Below are positions 49,124 through 58,499 of a DNA stretch of 64,000 bases, one piece after another. The DNA is from Longimicrobiales bacterium (GTDB lineage: Bacteria; Gemmatimonadota; Gemmatimonadetes; Longimicrobiales; Gaopeijiaceae), in NCBI GenBank assembly GCA_965198065.1, contig CBDAON010000004.1, positions 2,496,001-2,560,000 of the forward strand, in the 5' to 3' direction. Positions within the stretch are counted from its first letter, which is position 1, and each line of letters begins with the position of its first letter. The translations under genes and the position numbers were made by a program. The notes under the pieces are model-generated. The model had not been told where the DNA came from. It searched no databases and saw only the letters and a program-made list of their open reading frames with translations.

Positions 49124-49335
49124 GATGCCGATCGAGGCATCGAATCCGGGGGGTCGCTCCCATCCACGCCGACGCTGCCCCGTGCAGCACCGGCGGCCGG
49201 GTAGCGCTGCGCGCAACCATAAGCGATCATGGTGGATAGGCGATCCAGACGCGTGCACATTTGCACAGGCGCAAAGTGTGCATTGACCTGCAAGGTCTCA
49301 TGCACATCGCCGTGTGGCATCGGGGCGTCGGCTCC

Positions 49336-49659
49336 TCACAGAAACCGCGCTGCCGCGAGCCGGACCGTCCGCCATGTGTCGGTGCGGTGCATCAGCCCCC
49401 GTCCAGCCTGTCTGCGAGCTCGCTTCTTGAGCGCCACCATTCGCCTGAGTGCGCCCTGTAGATCGCCGCACACCTCCTCGATCCACCGGTCATCCCCCTT
49501 GAGGACGGCCTGCTTGACCCGGTCGATCTCGAGGCTGATCTCCGCGTCGAACTCGGATGGGCGGGGGTCTCGCGCCCAGTTGGCGAGCACCCTCTCCGCC
49601 CGGCTCCGCTCCTGCCAGGTCCGGGCCACAGCGACGACTTCTATCCTTCCACCTGGCAC
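49336..49659 (-). CDS. Hypothetical protein or fragment
   Basis: Helical protein-like frame; start uncertain. Confidence 0.35.
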   Translation of the reverse strand: MPGGRIEVVAVARTWQERSRAERVLANWARDPRPSEFDAEISLEIDRVKQAVLKGDDRWIEEVCGDLQGALRRMVALKKRARRQAGRGLMHRTDTWRTVRLAAARFL

Positions 49660-50280
49660 TGGGGCTCGCGGCCGTTGCCGCCGCCATCTACGCCGTCGCG
49701 TGAGCCGCCGGACTCGCCGACCTGGGGCGGCGCGTCGATCTCGCCTATCTAAATATCCCGTAAATTGTTGTGGCTATTAGATCATTGGCTTGGGCGCATC
49801 TAACAGTGCCCCCAGAGTTGCCCCAAACGTGTAGCTGCATCCACCCCTAGGCGCTTTCGCCTTCCACCGCTACTCCCCCTGCTCAACAAGTAGGCCATCG
49901 GTGCGGCGCGCCATATACTTGGAATCCAGCTGCCGCCCGGAACACGCCCGCGCAGCAACGTGTCCGCCCCAACTCACGTATCTGCTGCTCCCGCACATGC
50001 ATAAGAAACAAGTCCAGGCTGCCCGACCTCCGCCCGTTCGAACCTCTTCCGAGCCCTGCCGATAGCTGATCCAGCAATAGGCTGACTACCTGGCCGGTGC
50101 AACTCACAAACTGTAGATTGCACTGCTGTGACGATGATCCGCCCCGCCTGGCTACTTCGTCCTTCCATCGGCCACCCACCACCACTAGCCATACTACTAC
50201 ATCTATATAAAAGAGGTGACGATGGGGGGAGACAAGGTGTTTGCGGGATTCGTGCAGACGGAAACGGAGAACGCCCGGGT

Positions 50281-50540
50281 TGACCAGCCCCCAAGAGTGG
50301 TACCACCTACTGTGTTAGTCCGACCGCCTCCTGGAGCCTGGGGAGAGTCTGGGGAGGATTGAGGAAGGCCGGCTCAGGCCGGATCGCCTCCGGGGCCGGC
50401 GGCTGATAGGCCAGAGAGCTATGCGGTCGGATGGTGTTGTACTCCCGCCGCCACTGCTCGATGAGCACCTGTGCCTCCTCCAGAGAATAGAAGATCTCGC
50501 GCTTCAGCACCTCGTCGCCGAGCGTTCCGTTGAAGCTCCG
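50281..50540 (-). mobile_element. IS3-family right end with orfB C-terminal remnant
   Basis: End TGACCAGCCCCCAAGAGTGGTACCAC; SFNGTL...WRREYNTIRPHSSL. Confidence 0.85.
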
Positions 50541-50825
50541 CGCGCGCGCTTCGCGCATATCGCGGGCGAGCCAGATAAATTCCCTCTACAACCTGCGCGG
50601 CTTCGACGGCTCGGTTCCCGTACCGGCTTCCTAATCGTCATTCTGTTGCAAGCAGCTAGACCCGGAACAGCAACCGCGCTTCCGAAACGATGGTGTCGTA
50701 ACGTTCACCGAACTCGGCGAACTTCTCGCGGTTCGCTACTCCCAGGACTGGCCGGACCGGGGCGGGATCTCTCGATCAAATCTCCCTGAGTTCAGGATCA
50801 CTTTCCCCAGGCAGCTCCGATCAAC

Positions 50826-53588
50826 CTACCATCGATAGGTCAATTTCCCGTAGTAGAAGGCGCCGTTGAAGCCCCACGGCGTGTACTCGCTGTACTTCTC
50901 GCCGACGGACATCGCCCGCGCGCTCTCGTCCGGGTAGGTGTTGAACGCATTCTGCGCGCCGACGGCCAACGTTGCGCCGCCGACGAGGTCGATGCTCCCT
51001 TCCAAGTCGACGATCGGCTTGCCGTCGAAGAAGCCCTGCTCGATGCCTCCCGACGGCAGGTAGACCTCGGCGAAGCCGCTGTCGTAGTCGTACCAGCCGC
51101 CGAAGTAGTTCAGCCGGCCGATAATGCTCACCCGCCCGACCTGCTGGGTCAGACCGACGTTCCAGCGGATGCGCGGCAAGGCGTATGCGAACTCGGCCAT
51201 CCGCCGGTCGTTGAGCAGCCCCTTCTCGTTGTCGGTCACCTCGGTGTCGGTGTAGTTGAAGATGGCGCTGATCACGGTGTTGCCGCGCAGCGCGAGCGGT
51301 GTGAAGGTCGATACCAGATCGATACCTTGCGACGCCGTCGCGAACGCGTTGGTGAAGAACCGGAACTGCCGTAGGTCGCGAGCGGCGTCGACGCCTTCGG
51401 CCAGCAGGGTGTCGATCTCGTCGGCGGTCAGGGTGAAGTTGCTCGTGATCCCGATCCGGTCCGATACGTTGATGCGGAAGTAGTCGGCCGTGAAGGTGAA
51501 CTGGCCGTTATCGAAGACGACGCCGGCGGTGTAGTTGATTGACTTCTCTGGGGCGAGCGGCTGGCCGCCGCGCAGTGCCGCCAACGGCGAGATCGACGGG
51601 ATGGAGCCGTTGTTCACCAGATCCCCGAGCGCCGGGTCAAAGATGGTCGAGATGTTGAAGCCGTTCTGCTGTCCCGGTGTCGGGGCGCGGAACCCGCTGC
51701 TCACGCTGGCGCGCACGAAGTGGAAGCGGCCGGAGAGCTTGCTGTTCATCGTCGTGCCGAAGTCATCGAAGTGCTCGATGCGAACGGCGGAGCCGACGGT
51801 CCAGTCGCGCTCGATCCCATTCAACTCGATGTCGCCGTAGAGCGCGACGTTGCTGCGGCCCCAGGTCCCGGCGGCCATCGGCCCGTAACCGAAGAATCCG
51901 TTGGATCCGGCCGAGAAACCCTGTCCCCGGCCGTAGGGGCCGACCGTCCACGATGCCGGATCGCCCGCGGTGGTCTGGTACTGCTCGTTCCGCCATTCCG
52001 CCCCGGCCGCGATGTTGACCATGTCGGTGGCGGCGTAGGAGAAGTCGGTGTTGAGACCGACGTCGCGCTGCCGGTTACTGCCGAGGTTGAACGCGGTCGG
52101 CGTGTCGGGGCCGAGTGAGGCGTTAACGGTGTTCTGGATGAAGAGGTCGGTCTCGTGTGCGCCGAGCGATGCGCTCACATCCCAGTTGAACCCCTCGGCC
52201 GTAAAGCCGCGCACGCCGACGACCACGGACATGTCCTGCGCCTCGCCCCCGAAGCTGGGCGTGAAACCGCCGGGAAATCGCTCGCGGAACGAGAAGCAGT
52301 TCGGGTCCTCGAACACCCGCTGCAGGGCGACCGGATCGGCCACGTTGTTGGTGATGGCCACCGTTGGGCAGTTTGCCGACCCCGCCCCGTTCGCCATCAG
52401 CACGTCGCCGATCAGCAGGCTCTGGCCGTTGTCGAGGCTGAAGACGCCGCCCCGCGTGTTCGGATTCCGGAAGAAGAAGCCGCCGGTCACCTTCTTGCTG
52501 GCGTAGTTGGTATGGCCGTAGACCTGTACGCCGGCGGCGGCGGTGTATCCGAAGTTCCCGAACAGCTTCAAATCGTCGTCGATGTCTGGCGAGCCCCAGA
52601 CCTGCGGCGTGTCGGACATCACGCTGGTGTTGCCGGCGGCGATGAGCGCGATTGCATCGCTGCGGGGCGCGCTGCGGTTGGTCGGGTTCGAGCCGCCGTA
52701 CTCCAGGCTGAGGTTGGCGAAGCCGCGGGTGCCCAGCGGCAGACCGACGTTGGCGGCCACGTTCATCGCCTCGCCGTCGCCGTCACCGAACGTGCCGGCG
52801 CCGTACTCCAAGGAGCCGCCGGATGCGGCGTCCTTGAGTTGGAAGTTCAGCACGCCGGCGATGGCGTCCGAGCCGTACTGCGCGGCCGCGCCGTCCCGCA
52901 GCACTTCTACCTGCCGCAGGGCGATGGCCGGAATGGCCGAGATGTCGGGTCCCTGCGACCCGAAAGCCACGCCGTTGCCGCCGTGCCAGTCGATAATCGA
53001 AGAGCGGTGGCGGCGCTTGCCGTTGACAAGGACCAGGGTGTGGTCCGGAGCCAGGTTGCGCAGCATCGCCGGCCGAACGACGGTGGAGGCGTCGCTGATC
53101 GGCTGGGTGTTGACGCTGAATGACGGGACCACCGTTCGGAGCTGGTCCTGCAGGTTGACCGTTCCCTGGCTAGTGAGGTCGGTAGCCGAGACCACGTCCA
53201 CGGGGACGGGAGATTCGGTCACCGTCCTGGGCGGCGCCCGGCTGCCGACCACGACCAAGCCTGCGAGCTGAACTGCCTCCTCCTCAAGCGTCACATCCAG
53301 CTGGGTGGTCTCGCCGTTGGCGATCGTGACCTGCTGGGTCACCGATCGATAACCGATTACGTTGAACACGACATCGTGGCTACCAGCCGGCAGGTTGGGA
53401 ATATCGTAGGTGCCGGTGGCCCCACTGATGGATCCCCTACTCAGTTCGGGCAGGCTCACCTGCACACCCGCGACGGGCGTGCCCGTCGCAGAGGATGTTA
53501 CGGTTCCACTGAGCGTGCCCTGCGCCGTTAGCGCGCCTGCTTGGACGAGGGCCAACAAAAGACTTGCAGCCGCTGCTGTTCGTAGCAC
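50826..53588 (-). CDS. TonB-dependent receptor with N-terminal carboxypeptidase-regulatory-like domain
   Basis: Signal peptide, VVVGSR, LVLVNGKR, VEVLRDGAAAQYGSDAIAGV, GFRAP, terminal YRW; GGGAGGG RBS before GTG 53588. Confidence 0.92.
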   Translation of the reverse strand: MLRTAAAASLLLALVQAGALTAQGTLSGTVTSSATGTPVAGVQVSLPELSRGSISGATGTYDIPNLPAGSHDVVFNVIGYRSVTQQVTIANGETTQLDVTLEEEAVQLAGLVVVGSRAPPRTVTESPVPVDVVSATDLTSQGTVNLQDQLRTVVPSFSVNTQPISDASTVVRPAMLRNLAPDHTLVLVNGKRRHRSSIIDWHGGNGVAFGSQGPDISAIPAIALRQVEVLRDGAAAQYGSDAIAGVLNFQLKDAASGGSLEYGAGTFGDGDGEAMNVAANVGLPLGTRGFANLSLEYGGSNPTNRSAPRSDAIALIAAGNTSVMSDTPQVWGSPDIDDDLKLFGNFGYTAAAGVQVYGHTNYASKKVTGGFFFRNPNTRGGVFSLDNGQSLLIGDVLMANGAGSANCPTVAITNNVADPVALQRVFEDPNCFSFRERFPGGFTPSFGGEAQDMSVVVGVRGFTAEGFNWDVSASLGAHETDLFIQNTVNASLGPDTPTAFNLGSNRQRDVGLNTDFSYAATDMVNIAAGAEWRNEQYQTTAGDPASWTVGPYGRGQGFSAGSNGFFGYGPMAAGTWGRSNVALYGDIELNGIERDWTVGSAVRIEHFDDFGTTMNSKLSGRFHFVRASVSSGFRAPTPGQQNGFNISTIFDPALGDLVNNGSIPSISPLAALRGGQPLAPEKSINYTAGVVFDNGQFTFTADYFRINVSDRIGITSNFTLTADEIDTLLAEGVDAARDLRQFRFFTNAFATASQGIDLVSTFTPLALRGNTVISAIFNYTDTEVTDNEKGLLNDRRMAEFAYALPRIRWNVGLTQQVGRVSIIGRLNYFGGWYDYDSGFAEVYLPSGGIEQGFFDGKPIVDLEGSIDLVGGATLAVGAQNAFNTYPDESARAMSVGEKYSEYTPWGFNGAFYYGKLTYRW

Positions 53589-53709
53589 TGTGGAGCCCTC
53601 CCGTGGATGATATGTACCACGCTGGACGCTGGACGGTGGCCCGCACGTGCGCGTGTGCACCGTAATGCAGGCGCGGCAGGCAAGCAACACCGGCGGGGCG
53701 CTGGCCGAC

Positions 53710-53870
53710 GTCGTACGTCAACACATCGCCGTCGGGATCCTCCGCCGTCACTTGGCCGAGATCGACCGGCAGCTGGCGGCCGTCCCGATTCTCCGGCAAC
53801 TCGAAGCGATCGACCGGCTGCTCGAACGCCGCCGGCCGGTTGACAACCTTCTGCTTCGTTGTGACGAGCC
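53710..53870 (-). pseudogene. Cadherin-like domain fragment
   Basis: NRPAAFEQPVDRFELPEN...LGQVTAEDPDGDVLTY fits NxxPxF / PEN / AxDxD motifs. Confidence 0.65.
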
Positions 53871-54260
53871 CCGACGCCCTCGGCGACGTGAGCGGCGAGC
53901 CGGGCCGAGGCTTCCGAAGGCTGGATTCTCCGAGGGGTAGGGGTAGGGCGAAGCGCGCTCCTTGTCGGTGTGCGCGCAAGTGTCGATGTCCCGCCCTGCC
54001 ATGCCTGGACTGGATCGTCAACATCCCTGACCGCACCACCCGCCGCAGTGGCCGGCCTGCCGCAAACGGGTCACGTCCTCGACCCGCCCCGACTGATGCC
54101 TCCCACACCTTCGAGCGGGGCTCCAGGAGCTGATCGAGGCCCCGCTGGCAGACTGGCCGGACGCCCCGCCGTTCCAATTCGATCCCGATGGATCCACCAG
54201 GAACATCAATCATCTCCTACGCATTGACATGATTGCCAAAGCGTCTGCACCGTCACTCGC

Positions 54261-54460
54261 ATGGAGACGCTGGGGCAGCAGTTCGATGTCGCGAGTGGCC
54301 GGGTTTCTCCAGCACACGGGCGTGGGACCCACGACGTTCGGTCGGCAAGCAGGGTGAGCGATCCGAACCCCGTACGTCAGCTGCGTCTTGGCCGCTCTCC
54401 GAGGCTGGCTACGGCCGGCCAGGTCCCGGCGTTCATGGAAGCCTGCGACCGGACCGGCCG
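54261..54460 (+). pseudogene. Frameshifted small Cro-like HTH protein
   Basis: Joined frames give METLGQQF/SRVAGFLQHTGVGPTTFGRQA/DPNPVRQLRLGRSPRLATAGQVPAFM; TTGACA upstream. Confidence 0.55.
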
Positions 54461-55232
54461 GCTCCGGGATTCCGTCTTGAGGCAAGGAGACAGAGCGACT
54501 CGCCAGCTGGCCGGTCGCGGGCGGATCCACTGCGGTAGCAGCCGGCAAACGCGGTGCGCCTCTCCGGGGCGCGCTTCCGATGACCGGCGTGCGAGTCATG
54601 CCACAACCGGAGTGTGAAAACGACACGGGGCGTCGATTCACAATCTGCCCATGCACGGATTCACACGGGACTCCCCGCCTATCCGCCGAGCGCGCAGTGT
54701 CTTGCGCCTCCGCGGCCCGGCCGGCCGTGGCCAGACGGTGGACTGACTGACAAGTCGCCGAAGAGCCGGATGCGGGTAAGTGGTCCACACGGCAGTCCCT
54801 AGCCACGCGATCTGTTGGAGAACATCGGCTGCCCTCAGGAACGCAAGGGCCTACAGGGGATGGCGTAGGCCGGTCCCCTGATGCGCCTGATGGGGCTTCA
54901 GCGGCCTCACGGGCGCCGCGCACCAAGCGATCCGCCCCAACCCGATCGTAGCCTGAAGCGCTCATCCGGTGGCGATCCGACGCCCAACGCAGCTTGAGCC
55001 TAGCATCAGGAACCCAGGTCCCGATTCCTAGCCGTCCCGATGCCTCCGGTCCGACGGGTCCGATCCCGCTTGCGGTAGTCCGAACGGCGTGTGCGCCCAC
55101 GGAAGGGCCTCCTCTACGGTCCTACCAGCCGGAACCGCCGACGATGAGCGCGACGGCGACAAGCGCGCAGGAGAGCGTGCGATCGTTCAAGGAACGCGTC
55201 TTATAGTGGGCATACCGTTTCAAGGTGATCCT

Positions 55233-55442
55233 CTACTGGTACTCGTCAGCATGGAGGACCAGCGGATCTATTTTACCCTTATCGAAATAATACTCTTGGA
55301 GTTCCACAGCTGACACGTTCAGGACGTATTCATTTTCGAGTGACTGAATGTCCTGAATTAGTTGCTTGAGATGATTCGCAAAGGTGCTCTGCGAGACTCC
55401 ATCTCTGAAAGGTTGCATTTTCATATCTGCGTGATCTCGCAC
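55233..55442 (-). pseudogene. A/T-rich N-terminal fragment of a hypothetical protein
   Basis: IQSLENEYVLNVSAVELQEYYFDKGKIDPLVLH; composition clearly unlike the host. Confidence 0.5.
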
Positions 55443-55546
55443 GCTATCGTCTCGGTTGATCCCGTCCGCGCGCTTCCATGTCCGCGCTCGCTTACCTACA
55501 ACGAATCACATCCGAAGGCAGGGGGGTGGGAGTCCCCCGGCGACAA

Positions 55547-56817
55547 TGACCTGCCCCGAAGAGCGGTACCACAACCTATGTTAGTCCCAGCACCTGTGGA
55601 GGGCGGTGAAGGACGGGCATCCTCAGGAACCAGGGCGACGGCTTAATCGCCTCAGGGGCCGGGGGAAAGCCGCCGCAGGCGCTGTGGGGTCGGACGGTAT
55701 CGTACTCGCGCCTCCATTGCTCGACCAGCACGGCCGCCTCCGCCAACGAGCAGAAGATCTCCCCGTTCAACAGCTCGTCCCTGAGCTTGCCGTTGAAGCT
55801 CTCGTTGTAGCCGTTCTCCCACGGGCTGCCCGGCTCGATAAAGAGCGTCTCGACGCCCACGCGCCCCAACCACCGCCGCACGGGCTTCGCGGTGAACTCC
55901 GGTCCGTTGTCCGACCTCAGATACTCGGGAGGCCCGTGTCGGACGAACAGATCGGCCAGCACCTCGAGCACGTCGTGCGAGCGGATCTTGCGAGCCACCA
56001 CGATCGCCAGGCACTCCCTCGTGTGCTCGTCCAGCACTGTCAGCAGCTTCAGCGCACGCCCGTCGTGCGTCCTCGAGGCCACGAAGTCGTACGACCAGAC
56101 GTGGCCCCGATACAGCCGGCCTCAGCCGGATGCACGATCCGTCGTTGAGCCACAGCCGACCTCGCTTCGGCTGCCGCTCCGGGACCTTCAGCCCCTCCTG
56201 CCTCCAGATCCGCTCCACCCGCTTGTGCTTCACCCCCCAGCCCTCGATGCGGAGCGTGTCCGTGACGCGTCGCTAGCCGTAGCGGCCGAATCGACTCGCG
56301 AGTCGCACGATATCACCTCGGAGCGCCCCCTCGTCACTCGCCACTCTCCTCGCCCCGCGCTGGGTCGTGCGTGGCTGCCCGAGCACCCGGCACGCTCTCC
56401 TCTCCGACGCCCCGAGCTGCTGACGTACACGCACCACACAACGTCGTCGGCCCTCGGGGCTCAGAAGTTTCCCTTGGCCGCTTCCTCCACGATCAGCTTG
56501 TCCAGTGTCAAGTCCGCCACTGCTCGCTTCAGGCGCCCGTTCTCGCGCTCGAGCTCCTTCAGGCGCCGTGCCTGGCTCACCTTCATCCCGCCGTACTCCC
56601 GCCTCCACCGGTAGTACGTCTGCTCGGTGATGCCGAGCTCCCCCCTGATCAGCTTCACGGATTTGCCGCCGGCCAGACCGACCTCTGCCTCCCGCACTGC
56701 AGTGATGATCTGCTCCGGAGTGTGTCGCTTCCTTCCCATCCTGACCTCCTCGCTGAAAAGCTTCGGACCAGGCCGATCCTAACATTGCACCTGGTCTCGT
56801 TTCAGCGGGTCAGGTCA
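55547..56817 (-). mobile_element. Full-length IS3-family element (1271 bp), orfB inactivated
   Basis: Ends TGACCTG...CAGGTCA; orfA 56461-56739 ending GGGAAACTTCTGA; orfB with WSYDF, RSDNGPEF, SPWENGYNESFNG but TAG at 56273-56275 and a frameshift near 56115. Confidence 0.92.
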
Positions 56818-56830
56818 GGGCAGGTCAATC

Positions 56831-56895
56831 CGGCTCGCGCGCTTCGCTTGCGGTCACCACATTAGCCGCGCAGCAGAATCGCGAGTCCGTTAGGC
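56831..56895 (+). other. 3' part of an integron attC-like site, cut by IS3
   Basis: ...CCGCGCAGCAGAATCGCGAGTCC-GTTAGGC (GTTRRRY at 56889-56895), 37 nt before a short ORF. Confidence 0.55.
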
Positions 56896-56932
56896 GGCAT
56901 CGAGAGCAAATCTGCGCAGCTAGGGCAGCGAC

Positions 56933-57085
56933 ATGAACTGGGAAGCCATTGGCGCAGTCGCAGAGATAATTGGCGCTGCGGCGGTCGTGATTTCCTTAGT
57001 CTATCTCGCCGTGCAGATCCGACATACGGTGCGCCGGACGGCTGCCGACAACTTGCAGTCAACCGTGGAACGGTGGGTTGGGTGA
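56933..57085 (+). CDS. 50-aa single-TM ORF, probably a truncated cassette gene
   Basis: MNWEAIGAVAEIIGAAAVVISLVYLAVQIRH...; absent from the supplied ORF track. Confidence 0.7.
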   Translation: MNWEAIGAVAEIIGAAAVVISLVYLAVQIRHTVRRTAADNLQSTVERWVG

Positions 57086-57105
57086 TTGCTGGATGAAGTA
57101 CCGTA

Positions 57106-57180
57106 GGGCGCTTAGCTCAGCTGGTTCAGAGCGCCTGCCTTACAAGCAGGAGGTCAGAGGTTCGAATCCTCTAGCGCCCA
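57106..57180 (+). tRNA. tRNA-Val(TAC), CCA not encoded
   Basis: Acceptor GGGCGCT/AGCGCCC, anticodon arm CCTGC-CTTACAA-GCAGG, T loop TTCGAAT. Confidence 0.96.
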
Positions 57181-57610
57181 TGGAAGTTACTAGGGTAGAG
57201 GTTTCAGGAAGTGCACGAACCGTGCACGATAAGTGGCAGTTCGAGTCGGGTTATCGGCCTTCCAGGGCAGCGTTCAAGCGGGTGATGGGGTCGGTCATAG
57301 GTTCCCTGCCTGCCCGCTAAGCTCCTCCGCCCAGCCGAGCGTGAGCGTTGTCAGCCGCGATCGCGCGGTCCCGATTCGGGCGGGTTCTCGTCCTCGGCTT
57401 CGCCGCTTGCGGGCGCTGATCTGGTTGCCTCTTCACGGCTGCGGCGTTTGGCCTTCTCCTCATTCTTCTTCTGCTTCCTCAGCTCTCGCTGCTTCTTCTC
57501 GAAGCCGTAGTTCGTGCGTCGCGCCACTGTCCCTCCTGATGAATTCGGCCCGCGCCCTCCCGCTTGGAGCCCGCGCGCTTTTGGAATGAAGGGGTCCTAC
57601 GAGCTGTCCT

Positions 57611-57680
57611 GAGTCAATCCCAAAGTTAGTTGAAACTGGAGCGGCCTCCGTCTCAGGCGACAGCATGTGAACGGCTCTCG
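57611..57680 (-). mobile_element. Isolated 70-bp right end of the IS256-family element
   Basis: Reverse complement of 59865-59934. Confidence 0.85.
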
Positions 57681-58245
57681 ATTTCGCGCTTCAGCAGCTC
57701 GTTTCGGAGCGTGCCGTTAAAGCTCTCATTGTAGCCGTTCTCCCACGGGCTGCCCGGCTCGATGAACAGCGTCTTCACGCCTAGCTCACCGAGCCACTGC
57801 CGAACCACTCGGGCCGTGAACTCCGGACCGTTGTCGGAGCGAAGATTCGCCGGTGGACCGTGCTCGGCAAACAGCTCGCTCAGCGTCTGCAGAACATCGT
57901 CCGCCTGAAGCCTGCGAGTCACCACGATCGCCAGGCACTCCCGGCTGTACTCATCCAGCACCGTCAGCATCTTGAGCGGCCGTCCATCATGCGTCCGGTC
58001 CGCCACGAAGTCATACGCCCATACATGGTGTCGGTACAGGGGCCGCAGTCGGATACAAGAACCGTCGGTCAGCCACAGCCTTCCCTCGTTTCGGCTGCTT
58101 ACTTGGCACCTTGAGCCCCTCCTGTCTCCAGATCCGCTCCACCCGCTTGTGGTTCACGGCCCAGCCCTCCGTCCTCAGCATCCCCGTCACCATCCGGTAC
58201 CCGTAGCGCCCGAACCTGCGAGCCACCTTCACCACGTCCTCTCTC
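57681..58245 (-). mobile_element. IS3-family orfB internal fragment, frameshifted
   Basis: RYGYRMV, NHKRVERIWRQEGL, RSDNGPEF, GSPWENGYNESFNG. Confidence 0.87.
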
Positions 58246-58499
58246 AGGGAAGCCGGTTCAAGGCCGACGCAGGAAGGCGACGTGCGTTCGGTACGTACCT
58301 GAGAGTAGGCGAACGGGTTTGACCTTAGAGCACGGCGTGTAACAACAATCCGTCTAACTATGATTCTACGGATCCCCGCCTAACCCGCACTGTTCAGCCC
58401 GAGCGAATGCGAGGGTTCTGCGAACCAGTTTTCTCTGGAACGCTACATCCACAACGGTCCATCTATTTCTGGGAGGTAAGACATGGCAGACAACGACCT

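Noticed and set aside
49790..49875. TGCCCCCA/TGCCCCAA repeat and tRNA-like text
   Set aside because: No cloverleaf and no match to the three tRNAs; too weak to call an att site
49880..50280. Short ORFs in an A/T-richer stretch
   Set aside because: No recognisable protein signal in any frame
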